Assembly (NCBI RefSeq): GCF_009914755.1
Contig: NC_060931.1
From: the human T2T-CHM13v2.0 reference genome, Homo sapiens
DNA length: 64,000 nucleotides
Direction: 5' to 3' (one strand)
Part shown: positions 30,996 through 45,188 of the stretch, in pieces
Layout of the letters: the number at the start of each line of letters is the position of its first letter
How positions within the stretch are numbered: the first letter of the stretch is position 1
Notes under the pieces: model-generated
What the model saw: the letters and a program-made list of their open reading frames with translations, nothing else
What the model was told of the DNA's origin: nothing
Databases searched by the model: none
Position numbers and translations under genes: made by a program

Positions 30996-32469
30996 TTTTC
31001 CAAGATCTTATTTTATTGTCATCTGGTCTTACATTTTCAAGCAATGTTACCAAAGCTATTTCTTTACAAAAAAGCAAAATATTTTCAAACAAGCAGAGAG
31101 AAAAATAATGCCAAAATTTTGAAGAGGCAAAATGGCATGGGATTTTTGAGGAACATGTGTAAATTGCCAAGGCTAGAGAGAAGAGGCTATGAGAGGAAGC
31201 AGTCTGAAACACAAGAAGATAAGTGCCTTCCTCTCAGGCCCATTGATGAGTAAATGTTTTCCACACAGACACTGCATCTATCAACTCCAGAAACTGTGTT
31301 ATATATTCTTTTTCCCCTACTCCTGGAATGTGAACGGGCCATCTTTCCCCCTCTGAGCCTGTGGTTGGCTCAACCAAAATTCATTCGTTGCCTACCTTTA
31401 CATCAAATCTCCAAAGATGAAATTAGCTTCTCATTTCTCTGGGAAGCTGCTACATTTTAGTTTTAACTCCATCATGTTACTTAATACATTGTAAGTGTAT
31501 GGCTTCTAGAAGTTCATCGCTATGGCTATCTCTTAAATTTACACTTTTCTAGTATAAGAACTTAACTTTGAATTACCTTAACATTTTCACAGCTTCCAAA
31601 AGATCACCTTATATGTAGTAGCTACATAAGATATGGTTATTAAATTGACTTTTAAATTGTACAACGTATATTACTGTTTATATTATATTTAGTAAATTTT
31701 ATCATTGCTATATCATTCAGAGGCACACACCATTCATCTTTACAATTAGTGGAATGGAGTGAGATTTTGCAAGGTATATTTGGTAATGCATAGTATATGC
31801 TGGAATTTCACAAACTGACTTATATATACATAAATTATGAATATTCACATTAGTTACAGATCAGATGTCTATAATTTATGGGGAGAGACTGCAATCCTGT
31901 GAGAGGATCATTACCAAGCTTGCTTGCTTACAAAATGAACCACATCTGTAATTTAACTTTTATCAGGAATAAAATGAACATTTTAGTCTTGGTATTTTTA
32001 ACTTCTCTATATTTTAATGAGTTTTAAACTCAGGGAGAGAATTCTATATGCTATACATTGACTCCATTGAACCACAGCATGAATAAATTAACTTAGTGCC
32101 AAAAATATCAGTTTCTAATTAGTGACATCAGCTCTAAATTTACAACAACAGGCAGATAAAACAGAACTCAAAATTAAACATTTTTCTAAATATGAAGATT
32201 CTTAATACATATCATCTGATGCTCTATTTAGTAGTGGCACAAAGGGCTTTTTATAGGGGTATATGGATCCTCCTCGTGGGATGTCAGGCAAAACTTTATG
32301 CTTACTAATATGTAATGATATTTTGTTGTTGCAAGAAGATAGAGCTATTTGGGAGTTTAAAGAGTGTATATTCTATGAGCATATTAAATCTATATAATGA
32401 CTTTTCAGTACTAGGAGAAAAATTAGGTACTTATATTTTTGCAGGGTATATTTTATGTCCAACTAAATT

Positions 32470-32670
32470 TAGGTTCAAAATCCAGTTTAAACATGGACTA
32501 CCTGTATAGTAATGAGCAAATCAAGAAAATCCCTTGGTTTTCTCATATGCAAATTAACAATAAAAGATTACTCAGTAGCTCTTCCTCATAAGAAATGAAA
32601 TAGTTTGTTGAAGGCCTATAAAGTCACTGTCTGGTACATAATAAATGCCACATAAAGTATTATTATTATG
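32470..32670 (+). mobile_element. MIR
   Basis: ggttcaaaatccag...cttggttttctcatatgcaaat...tgtctggtacataataaatgc. Confidence 0.65.
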
Positions 32671-33650
32671 CTTTGAATTATGAAAGTTACAAAAATATGA
32701 ATACTAAAATAATAAGTTAAATAAACAAAAAGAAATAAGTACCAGAAGATTACATATGGCAGGTTACATTATTCTGAAAATCCAAAACAAATAATGCTAA
32801 ACAAGGTATTTTCTAAACAATAAAAATTTTGATTAAACCACTGACAGCCATTAAAGCAAGTAAATAAGAATATAATTAATTCAGGATTGTGTTTACCTGT
32901 GGGGAGATGGGGGACAGAACAGGACAGGAACATGCAGAATACATAAACAATTGCCAGCATTTTAGTCCACAGATAATATAACTAGAATATTGGCAGTAAT
33001 TGTGATTTATTCTGTTCTGTTTACCTAAGTTCCATGAAAATTACAAAAGAAATATAATTAAATTGCTATGAGGGAAAAGGATATGAAAAGCAATTGGAAG
33101 GGGAATGGATAAATATATTTTTAATCTGTTTCATGAAAGAATGAATTCAATATTATATCCAAGTGATAGGTGCTGACAAAGTCTCTTCAAAAGTCCATAA
33201 CAAGTGTGCTGCAGCTCATGGATGAAGACATTCTCTGTCAGGTACCTGGATGTTCCAAATCTGACCTGATCAGGCTAATAATTTTTTTTTTTTTGGAATT
33301 TGGATTCTTAAGTCCAAAAAGCTTAAAAATAGGGCAATGGTCAACTGAAGATATCTTGTCATAAATGAATATATTTCAGCAACTGTAATTCATTGCTTTA
33401 AGACAGTTCTTACCTAACAAATCATATGAATTACTCTGAACCAAAGGATTTCTTCTAACAACAACATAGTTTTACTGAACTTTTTTTATTACAATCATGC
33501 TATTCTTTACAAAGTATTTCAATTAGGGAATACTATTATCACAAATAGGTACTTTGTGGCCCAGGAGATCCTTTTTTAATTGGTAGCATATATTTTAAAA
33601 ATGATGACAAAAATTATTTTAGAAGGTTTTCTGTTTTTAGAGCTTTACTG

Positions 33651-33862
33651 TATGGGTTTTTTTTTCAACCTTGTAACTACTGACATTTGAAGCCAGAAAT
33701 TCTTTGTTATGGAAGGCCATCTTATGCATTATATGAGGTTGAGCAGCATTTATGACTTCAATTCACTAGTTCCCACCAAATATGACAACCAAAAATATCT
33801 CTAGATATGACCAAATATCCAGTTGGGGGCAAAATTGCTTCTATACTAATTGAGACTCACTA
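33651..33862 (-). mobile_element. MER20 (hAT-Charlie)
   Basis: tgacaaccaaaaatatctctagatatgaccaaatatcc...gggggcaaaattgc matches antisense MER20. Confidence 0.82.
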
Positions 33863-34352
33863 TTACATTGATTAGATGATCAGGTAAACATGTTCAAGTA
33901 CAGAGAAGAAAAAGAGCCAAATGCAGATCCAGTTATAAGGTTCAGAAAAATGGGTAGTACAGGGTTGAAGAAAAAATGATAGATTTTTTTCCCTAAATTT
34001 CTGTAACTTAAGCTGCTAACTCTAGACATAGCTTCAAAATGAGGTATCATAGAGAAAAGAGTTAAAATGATAATCAATTTTAGATTACCAGTGAACTATA
34101 GGGCACCATTTTTAACCATTCAGAACTCATTTTGGGTGAGCTAGTCATCCTGAAAAAGGACCTACTGAAAACTGAGATGAGATGTTCCCCCTGGGACTGG
34201 AACAATCTCCATTCATTTCCACTGCCAGTTGCTGTGGGTCACTCCTTCTCTGCTCCACCCAGAGTATTATTTAGCATAACTTATAACTGTTTATTAACAG
34301 TTATGGCTTAGTTTTTAAAGTAATAAGCACAACCCAGTTTTATATCAGATAA

Positions 34353-34690
<338 letters not shown>

Positions 34691-35253
34691 CAAACCCTTT
34701 AAATAACTTAAAAAATAAAACAAGTAAGAAGAGCTCCTCAAATATTAGAAATTTACTTATTACAAAGATAAATATTGGACACCTACACCACACCAGGAAC
34801 TGATCTATATGTAGATGGACAGCAAAGAACAACAACAACAACAAAAAACCCAGTCTACTTACAAAACATATAGTTTCTGTAAAGGCAGACAAAAAAAGTA
34901 ACTAAATAATATAGTATATTAGAATGTGTTAATAGCTATGTAGAGAAATAAGGCAAATGATATGAACGCTAGGGTAAAGGCATTATAATTTTATACATAG
35001 CATTTATAAAATCACCCACTAGGGAGGTAGTATTACACAAAGACCAGAGGAAAGTGAATGAGACAATCATGCATTGATCTGAGGGAACAGCCAGGGCAGC
35101 AGTCCATTATTAATGTGCACCTGGGGTATGCAGAGACCAGCAAGTACGGCAGAATTGCTGGAACTGACAGTACATGAGGGAGGATAGTAGATGATTAGAT
35201 CACAGAGGTAACTCTGGTGCTGTGAAGTTCATTATAAGAATAGTGAGCTTTTA

Positions 35254-35621
<368 letters not shown>

Positions 35622-35756
35622 TCATTCCGGCTTCTGCTCTGCTGACAATAGATGGAGGAGGCCTCAAGGTCAGAAACAGGAATAACTACTTCAAGAAGTA
35701 TTGTAATAATCAGGTGAAGCATTAAGGAGACTTACACCTGAGTTGTAGCAGTAGGG

Positions 35757-36110
35757 TGTATTAGTTCATTTTCATGCTGCTGATAAAAACATACCAGAGA
35801 CTGGACAATTTACAAAAGAAAGAGGTTTAATTGGACTTATAGTTCCACGTGTCTGTGGAAGCCTCACAATCATGGTGGAAGACAAGGAGGAACAAGTTAT
35901 ATCTTAAATGAATGGCAGCAGGCAAAGAGAGACTTGTGAAGGGGAACCCCTCTTTATAAACCATCAGATATTGGGAGACTTATTCACTATCACGAGAACA
36001 GCATGGGAAAGACTTGCCCCCAGGATTTAATTACCTCCTACCCGGTAGCCTCCCACAACACCTGGGAATTAAAGATGAGATTTAGGTGAGGACACAACCA
36101 AACCATATCA
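35757..36110 (-). mobile_element. THE1A MaLR solo LTR
   Basis: 354 bp, tgtattagt...aaccatatca; TSD taggg/gaggg. Confidence 0.92.
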
Positions 36111-37819
36111 GAGGGTAACAAAAAAATGTTGAATTCTAGATATATTTTTAAAGTTAAGCCATTTATTTGCTGATGAATTGGATGCAGGATGTAAGAAAAA
36201 TAGTTGACAAGGATGACTCCAAACTCCGTGGCCTTAGTAACTATTAGGTAGAGTTGATACTGTGTCAATAGGGAAGATAGCAGATGGAGCATATTGTAGA
36301 AGGAAGAAGAGGTGTTTAGCCTTGGGTATATATTAGAAATTCTTACTAAACTTACAAAGGTAGTTTTCAAGGAGGTTGTTCAACATAAGTCTGCTTGTCA
36401 GCATATAAACTGCACTTAAAGCCAAGGCCTTGAATGCATAACGAGTAGATGGGAGAGTGTGTAGATGGAAAAGATATTTAGGAATTGAGCCCTGGAGCCC
36501 TCCACCATTAAAGGGAGAATAGTAAGAAGGAGAAAAGCCAGATCATGTGGTGTCTTAACAATCAAGAGCTTCAATGTTGAAGAAGTGATACACTGTTTCA
36601 AATGCTGGTATAGTTTATATAGGATGAGGAAGGAGAATTCAACTTTAGATATATCATTTGGAAGTTTTTGTTTAGCACAACATTAAGATTATGTTTTGGT
36701 GTAAGTGAAAGCCTGATTAAAGTAGGATTATGAGAAAATGGGAGGAGGGAATTCTAACACAGCGAACAAAATTGATGAATTTGAAGATTTTATTCTAAAG
36801 GGAAGCACAGAACTGGAGTAGTTGCTGAAGGGGAAGTGGAATACTAAAAATGATTTTTTTCAAGACAGAAAAAAAAGAAATGGAAAATGATGGAAATTAC
36901 TTAGTGGGTAGAGAAAAATTGAATATGTGGGAGTTAGAGGGAAGAATTCTAGAATAATGTCTAAATAAGAAAGGAGAGTGAATAGGATCCGGTTCATAAG
37001 TGGAGAAATTTGACCTCACCAAGAGCAAGAACCTTTATATTCTTAGCTACTAAAAGAAACACAGAGTAAAAAGCGTTCAAGAGCAGACAAATTATGTGAA
37101 TAGCTGCAATGTGGAAGAGTGAGGATATTCTCTTCTAATTGCTTCTCTTTCCTTGGTGAAAAATGGAGCAAAATTATTGAATTGGAATGAAGATGAGAGA
37201 GGTATTGAGGGCCTGAGGAGTGAAGGAATCAGAATTGTCTGGAAGAGGAAGACAATTACTGAGTAGAGAAATGTAGTGGGATTGCCAGACAGCATAAACT
37301 ATCTCATGGATGCTCTAGTCACAGCTCTCTGTTTTTCTCTTACCACATTCCGTTCCATGGAAACTCATTTGGCCTAAATGACACTTTGCATCAAAACAAA
37401 ACAAAACAAAAAATGGCTTACAGTTTTCTTGACAAAGCTAGGAGGGGCAAGGAATTAAGGGAATGTGCAAGGGATGATTATGATTGACTGTGAACTTTAA
37501 AATGAGGGAAAAAAGAAAGTGAGAATATGAACCTATATATAGTCTGCTATGTTTTACTTTGGGGCCATTTCACGTTTCTGTTCCATTGACTGCTTATATT
37601 TAATTGACTCTGGATTCAATTTTCTTTTCTTTAAATATGTATTTATTTTCTTGAACACTGGATATTGTAGAACTCTGGATCCTACTCTCTTTCTTTGAGT
37701 GTCTTGATTCTTCTTAAAGTGGCTTTTATCTACTGGTTACTCATCTGAATTTCTGTAAGCATCATTTTCAATTTTTTTGAATAGATATTAATCATCTGTT
37801 GGGTCTTATGTGATAAAAG

Positions 37820-38645
37820 TTTTTCTTTTAATTTATATCTATTTACAGGGTGAATGTGCAGATTTATTACATACCTGTATTTGATTATGGTAAGAACTGG
37901 GCTTTTAATGTACTCCTCACCAGAATAGTGAACACTGTAGCCAAAAGGTAATTTATTAACCCTCAGCCCACTCTAACCTTTTTTAGTCTCTAACGTCTAT
38001 CATTCCACTGTGTATGTCCATGTGGACCTAAGGTATAGCTCCCAATTGTAAGTGAGAACATGCAGCATTTGACTCTCTGTTTTTGAGTTTATTTCACTCA
38101 GGATTATGACCTCTCTTCCATCTGTATTTCTGTAAAGATATGATTTTATTCTATTTTTATGGCTGCATAGTATTCCATGACATGTATGTACCACATTTCC
38201 TTTATCCTATCCTACATTGACAGACAGGCTGATTCTATAGCTTTGCTTTTGTGAATAGTGCTTCAATAAACATACAAGTGCAGGTATCTTTTCAATATGA
38301 TTTATTTTCCTTTTGGGTAGATACTCAGGAGTGTGAATGCTGGATTGAATTATAGTTTTATTTTTAGTTTTTTGGGAAATCTCTATATTGTTTTCCACAG
38401 AGGTTGTACTAATTTACATCCTCACTGTCAGTGTATATGGGGTTTCCTTTCTCCACATCCTCACAAACATCTGTTGTTTTTAGATTTTGTTAGTAATAGC
38501 CATTGTGACTGCTGTAAGATGGTATTTCATTGAGGTTTTAATTTGTGTTTCTCCGGTTAGTGATGTTGAGCACTTTGTCATGTTTGTTGGCTGCTTGTAT
38601 GTCTTCTTTTGAAAAATGTCTGTTCTTGACCCCATTTTATGGTTT
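37820..38645 (-). mobile_element. L1PB3/4-like 3' end
   Basis: Antisense 3'UTR (gtgcagatttattacat..., ctcccaattgtaagtgagaacatgcagcatttg) and ORF2 end. Confidence 0.85.
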
Positions 38646-41219
38646 TTTAGTGTCGATCTGCAAAACCCAGGTATTCCCCAGGTTATTCAGGACTAATTTT
38701 TAAATTCTGTTCCCCATAGATATCTTTTTGAAACCTTATTTTAAGCTTTGTTAGGGTGGATCTAATGCAGTTTATACTCTAGGAAATCCTTACTTCTATA
38801 GAGAAGATTTTCTGTTGTTTTAATTTGTCTCTAGAGGTATTAAGGAGGTGATGATGATATCTCTGCAATCAGGCAGGACCAAAATGTAAGTGTTCCCAAG
38901 ATAGCTCTCCCCTCTAGCATTTCTGTTCTGCCCTCAACCTCATAGCAGCTGCTATCAGGAAACCTTGGAAAGTTTACTTTGTGCATGTTAACTCAGCCCT
39001 CAGACATAACTGTGACCACCTTACAAATATTAACAATCAGAATTTAATTATTGTCACTTAAATGAGTGTAAAATAATATTTTATTATGGTTTTAATAAGT
39101 AATTTATTGGTTAGTGATATAAATTAATGTATTTTTATTTGGGACTTTTTTATTTGCTGCTACTGATTTTTGGATCAGGGATCAGAAAGATTTTACATTT
39201 CATGAAAATTGGCCAAATATTAATTAATTTTTTATTGGATTATACTCAAATGAGTAAAATTATGTTAGGATTAATGTCCATTGATAAATAAGAGAAACAT
39301 TTTTATGAAAATAATTTTTGGTCAACCAATAATCATCTACTTATATTTAGCTTCATTTCAATACACATACTCTTCCTATTAAAATATTAACTGATAATTT
39401 ATTTAAAGCTTAACACTTGACCATTGGTTCCAATTACTTCTGTAAAATGTTATTAAATAGAGAGAACAATTAAAATAAAGTATAAATACATTTACAGATT
39501 TTAATATTTTATATTTACATACTGTGAAAATACCAATTAATACCTATTTGCCCATTGTATAGTTTTAACTCTTGAAAAAATATTGATGGGCTTTGTTCAT
39601 AAAACGTAAATTTTTGAAAACATGACCTCAGTTGAAAATTTGTCTGTCTCAATAACATGCCAATCTTTCTGACAAGTAAAAAATGTGGTACAGTATTGTT
39701 CTAATGTAATCTTAATAATAAATCTGAATGATTTGTGCAGTTTTTACATTCTGCTGATAATTGTACAATTACTCATTTATATTCTATTGAAAGATCTTAT
39801 AAACAAGAAATAAATTTCCCCAAAATTAATGCAAGTGTAAAACACAATTTTATTTTAAAGATGTATGTAACTATTATAATTAATAACCAAATATTTCTGT
39901 AAGGTAGCCCACCAATAGCTAACTTACCATTAACTCAATAATAAAAATTTGAAATTTACTGTCTTGACTTAGAAATTAAGCATAATTAATTTTTCATTTA
40001 GTTTCTTTCTAACTATAACTTTATTCCTCTATGAAGGTTTTATGCATCACAAAGCTGCCTCTCTCTTGATAAGTCTATGATTCTCAAATCACATTATGGA
40101 CATGAGAAGCCTTTGGGTTACCTATCAACTCTGTACTGTTAGAATGAAGTATCCACATTTCCCACTTTTATGACTGATCAAATAAGTCAGTATTTAGCAA
40201 GTCAAGCACAAAATACTGTTTGTCTCCCTCGTTTTCTTACTCCCTCCCTTTCTTTCTGTGGCCTCCCTATTTTTTGCCTCTTTTTTTTTCTTCTTTCTTT
40301 TCTTATCATTGAATTTCCTTCAAGTAAGTTGACTTTCATTTTGCAGGAAAAGTAAAGCTCTCCTGGATTCATCACTGTTCCTCTAAAAAGCACTAAATAT
40401 TGACATACCAATTTACAATGTAAAAAGAAATAGCTGTTGACCCTAAGAGCTCTACGATACATTAGGCGAGACAGAGAGGAACTTAATGGAACTTATGCAA
40501 AATGATAAAAGTTATAATATATGAATTTATGGAGAAACAAGATGTTTTACTATAGGTGTCAGCATGGATTCATGCGGAACATTGTCCTCAACATCTTAAA
40601 CATTTAAGATATCCAAAATTGGGTCTGTTCTCTTCATCCTCACCTGGCTGCCAAAGAAACTTCTCTTCGAATTTATAGGTCAATATTTTCCCCATTTTGT
40701 TGTATCAAACGTCAAAATAAAAAACATGAGTCTTTTCATTAAATAAGAAATACATTGGAAAGTCATCAAGATTTTAGGGTAGCCAATATGCAGTTCATTA
40801 TTAACTATAGACAGAACAGTCTGAGCTTTTGTCTTCTTGGCAATAGAACCACCACACTCCATGCTTTTTCTCATCAATGTTGAGAAAGCACCTTAGGTTT
40901 GAAATTCAGATAGAAAAGAGAACAAGACACTATGGCTCGGCTGATTATTTGACAAGCAGGTATGTCTCCTCACTCTTGTTATTACAACAGCTTTTGCTTT
41001 TAAATATCTGGACATCAAAAGAGCTGCAAATCAAAATGTCTCCTAACCCCAAAACAATCATTGACAGATCATTCTATGCAATTCCATCACTAGTATTAAA
41101 AAGCACTACCGGTTGTGGCAACATCAGACCATTAGATTCATAATGTATGCCAAAATAAAAATTATAACTATAATCTCATAACAAATTGGTCAATAAATAA
41201 AGAATAGGATACTGTAAAG

Positions 41220-41395
41220 TGTGAAATATCAGACTGAAAGTATAAAAAGGTACAATATTAAATGTAATTAGATTCTGATATGTAAAGGATGCACATTGTT
41301 AACTCGAGAGTAGCCACTAAAAATAATTTTAAAAGGCACAACTAAGAGAACAATAAAGGAAATAAAATGGTTCTCTAAAAACTAATAATTCACTC
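41220..41395 (+). mobile_element. Ancient L1 inter-ORF fragment
   Basis: gatgcacattgttaactcgagagtagccactaaaaat resembles the old L1M inter-ORF region. Confidence 0.55.
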
Positions 41396-41409
41396 TTTAT
41401 TGAATAGAT

Positions 41410-42520
41410 TACTCAATGCACTTTTTGTTTAAAGAGTCAATAGTTTAACTGGAAAAGTTTGCATCCAAAAGGTGAATTCATTGAGAAGATACTGAGGAAT
41501 TTCACGTAATTCCCGAAAGGGTTGAATTATGTAACAGCAAGAAGGACAGGGATACAACTGGGACTCAGGAACCAAGATATTAATTTCTCTGCCTATCTTT
41601 TGCCCCTTTTCTCCATGAGTGTCATGATCAATTTCTGTCAGTGTAACCTGGCTTCATAGCCAGAAAAGTAGCTGAAGAAAATTTCCACTTCTCAACTCCC
41701 AAAGCAGCCATTTCTGAAGGAGTGACCCTTTCTTGGTTCAATGCAAACAGTCATGAAGAAGGACTCTTTTTAAAATTTTTATGTATTTTTATTTTTATTT
41801 CCCAAACCCAGGATAATGTCTGTAGAGGAAGGACTCTTAATTGCTTAGTTTGAATTGATACTGTTAAAGTATGCCCCCATCTGGAGGACAAAATAAACTC
41901 CCCATGGCTAACTGAGGTGCTCAAAGTTAAAGCAGAATTAGAAGCCATGCTGTATGAGGCAGCAGTTCTGTAGTCTATGTTCTGGAAAAGATGTAAAAGT
42001 GTCAAAGGATCTCCCCTTGTATCATCAAGTCAACCCAGTTCCTGATGTCAGTACCAAGATAAACTGCAGCTGGAAACCAACCCACAATGGCTTGAAAAAA
42101 ACATCTGATAGATATTTCTGGTTTGGGGTTTGGAAATCATTCATTCAAGGCTCTGCTATTTTGACCAATCATAGAAGAACAAGTTTAAATCCTGCATTTG
42201 CATAAAGAGATACGATTGAGAGCAAAAGCCAGAACTTTCCTTATTTAAACTAGACCCTTTGTTCTTCAGAGAGCACACTGTCACTTGTACTGAAGGCTGT
42301 GCCTCCCCAGTCTGCAGATTGCTTTTTTAATAGAATATAAAGCTTTCCCCCTTTCCTCTGCATATTTCAGTTTTTTTTTTTTTGTTAACAATAGACTATG
42401 TCACCTATGGATAAATTAATAATGGCCCTAAGGATGGTGCCATGTGAAAATGTGCTATCTAATGGGAACTGAAAAGCTGAAGTAGCAATAGGAACAGTTT
42501 ACCACAAAAAGGAAAAAGGT
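41410..42520. mobile_element. Ancient ERVL-type LTR relic (LTR33-like), interrupted by two insertions
   Basis: Weak resemblance only (gggactcaggaacc..., gaaggactcttaattgcttagtttg...). Confidence 0.4.
41862..42390 (+). mobile_element. ERV1-class solo LTR (MER67/MER89-like)
   Basis: 529 bp with tgttaa...ttaaca inverted termini; 4-bp TSD atac/atag; internal CCAAT, TATA-like and polyA-like motifs in LTR order. Confidence 0.8.
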
Positions 42521-43273
42521 TATTTCTAGGAAAAAAAATTGAGGGTTAGCGAATTGCGAGACAAAACAATAGTTATCTATTACATGCAGTAAAATGTAAT
42601 AAACCACCAGTAAGACACCTATTCAAGATCAGATGTTGATACTTACTCGATGGGAGGGTTTAATTCAATCAAATAACTACTCTGTGACTTGGTTTAATAT
42701 TATGTAAAAGATTATATGAAGACTTTTCCCCTGTAAACCTTATTTGGTTGTCAAGGAGATGAAATGAGAGAATTAGAGTAAAAGTTATTTATCTACAAAG
42801 TACCATAAATTTGAGATATTTTGGTGTCATATTTGTATTATTATTTATATTATTACTGCTACTATGCTTCATAATTATTTATTGATACATTAGCTCATAA
42901 ACACCAAAGTATGATGAATCAGGGAAATTATTTACCTCTTTAATTAACAATTTGCTAGAGTTCTCTTCAGTAGAAAAGAGGAAACAATTAATCATGAAGT
43001 ATTTAGTGAAGGCATAAGAGAGACTTGACCTGCAATTAAACTCACTTGGACAATTCCAGACATTGATGAAAAAAAGACAAAGAGGAGGGAAAGGAAAAAA
43101 GGAACAGATGGAGAACACGGAGGAGGAATAAGAGGGGAAATACAATATCAGGCTAAGATAGAATTCTATGATTGAATCGAGGATGCTACAGGTCTGAGCA
43201 CTATGATAAACTTGCAGTTGAGCTTAAAAGATGACGTATAAATAATCATTTCCAAACTTATAATTAAGCTGTG

Positions 43274-43350
43274 TTTATTTATTATTTTTATTTATTTATA
43301 TATTTATTTATTGAGATAGTCTTGCTCTGTCACCCAGGCTGAAGTGCAGT
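43274..43350 (-). mobile_element. Alu 3'-terminal stub (~40 bp) with (TTTA)n tail
   Basis: tgagatagtcttgctctgtcacccaggctgaagtgcagt, ending abruptly; no TSD seen. Confidence 0.85.
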
Positions 43351-44171
43351 AAGAAGGATTATCAATAGATTTGTACAAAAAAATTGGTTTAATCTAAATA
43401 TGTTTCTTTCAATATAATTTAAGCAAGGCATGTGCAATATTTTTCTTGTCTTCCTAAAATGCTGTTATGCTATGGTTGGTAAACGATGCATTATTTTTTT
43501 ACATACATTTTTTATTACTTCAGGCTCTTCTAAACTTTGCACTAAAAGTACTAAAATAATTAATTCTACAATGCATCCAATCAATTATATATTAAGTAAA
43601 AAAGGATAATAAATATTTTATGAAGATACATAGTTTTAGAATCTTCTAATTAAAGTTACATTTTGAAAACTGTAGATTTTTATTTTAAATTAATGTGTAG
43701 TATCTGATTTCTGTTTAGAATATCGTGTCATGATTACTGTTAAAATTAGTATTCGTTAATTAAGTATAAACTATCAGATTTTTCATATTTTAATACATTA
43801 TTAGAACTGTTAATTGCACTGCATATTCTTAGAGAAATATACATATACATAGAAAGTAAAAGTATGTATAAATATGCATAGGAAGACAAATGAATTTAGG
43901 TGCCTCAATTTAGGAGGACCATAAAGCAATCAGATTAAATGCATAAAGAAAAAGGGTAAATATACACTTTTGTATACATATATGTATGTATAATATAAAA
44001 GTACACATATGTGTATTTCACATATATGTGTATTTCTGGAATACTCTACAATTAAAATTTTAAAAAGAAAATAATTGCGAAAAACTTACCATCATCTAAA
44101 TCTTTGTAAGAAATTAACACTGTTTAATTAAAACCTTCTCTACCTAGCCATCTAATTTAAAATGGCAATCA

Positions 44172-44172
<1 letters not shown>

Positions 44173-44211
<39 letters not shown>

Positions 44212-44239
44212 CAACACAGCAACACACACACACACACAC
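44173..44239. repeat. Compound (CA)18 + (AC)9 microsatellite within an L2 relic
   Basis: Directly visible. Confidence 0.96.
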
Positions 44240-44384
44240 TCAACATAGTGCTCTTTCTTGCCATATTTTTTCCATAACTCTTAATTACATGTTAACAGCC
44301 TAGAAGCTCTATTTATTTTGGTTTTGTTTTTTCAATTAATAATCACTAGATTGTGAGATCCTATTGTATCATAAACAACTTATC

Positions 44385-44710
44385 TAGTTTTTGTGTCTGG
44401 TTGCTGTCTAAACACTTGTCATTTCCTGTATGATAAGAGTGTTTTTCTTATTCATGAGCCTTTTGGATCACACCTGAGTTTATAGGAAGAAGACTGAGGC
44501 TGTCACTAGAAAGATTAACCATATAATTAGAGGGTTGGGCCGGCCCTCTTTGGGCTTTAGGCCGGCCCAACCACTGGGGAAGAGGAGATGGCCTAGAGAT
44601 GGAGTTCAATCTAGTAGCTAATGATTCAATAAAATATAATTAAATCCAAATTTTAAAAAACTCCTGGTTGCTGAACATATTGATGTGCCAGGAGAATGAC
44701 ACATTTTCTG
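44385..44710 (+). mobile_element. MER21-family LTR fragment
   Basis: ggatcacacctgagtttat, aaccatataattagagggttggg, gagatggagttcaatc, tcctggttgctgaacatattgatgtgccagg. Confidence 0.75.
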
Positions 44711-44879
44711 TAAATGGGCCACACAAGCTATTACAGAAGTATAAAACAGGCTATATATTTTATAATATCTTTACAAGTACAAAAATAGTGTGATGCCTTC
44801 ATATTAGAAGGTTTTCTCTGAGTTACTGAACTAAGTTATTTACCAATCTTGTGCTTTATCCTAGAGACTCTTTCGTTTG

Positions 44880-45045
44880 ACTAGAACTCATCATATTATA
44901 ATTATTTGTGTAATTTTTTATCCCTTCAAAATTATAAACTCTAAAAGGTCAGACATCATGTCTATTGTGTGTATCAAAGCACATCACTGATAATAGTGCT
45001 TACTTCATATTGGATAGTCAGTAAACATATATTTAAATAAAATGG
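44880..45045 (+). mobile_element. L2 3' fragment
   Basis: attataaactctaaaaggtcagacatcatgtct...tagtcagtaaacatatatttaaataaaatg. Confidence 0.55.
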
Positions 45046-45188
45046 CAAAAATTATATATAGCTCACACCTCACTTAGATTTATACAGGGATTCAATGTAG
45101 AATATTTGTAATATAGCATGAGCCATATGCATTTCAAATAATTTTACTAAACATAATACATTTTAACTGAGCTTGTTTTAAAATTGTT

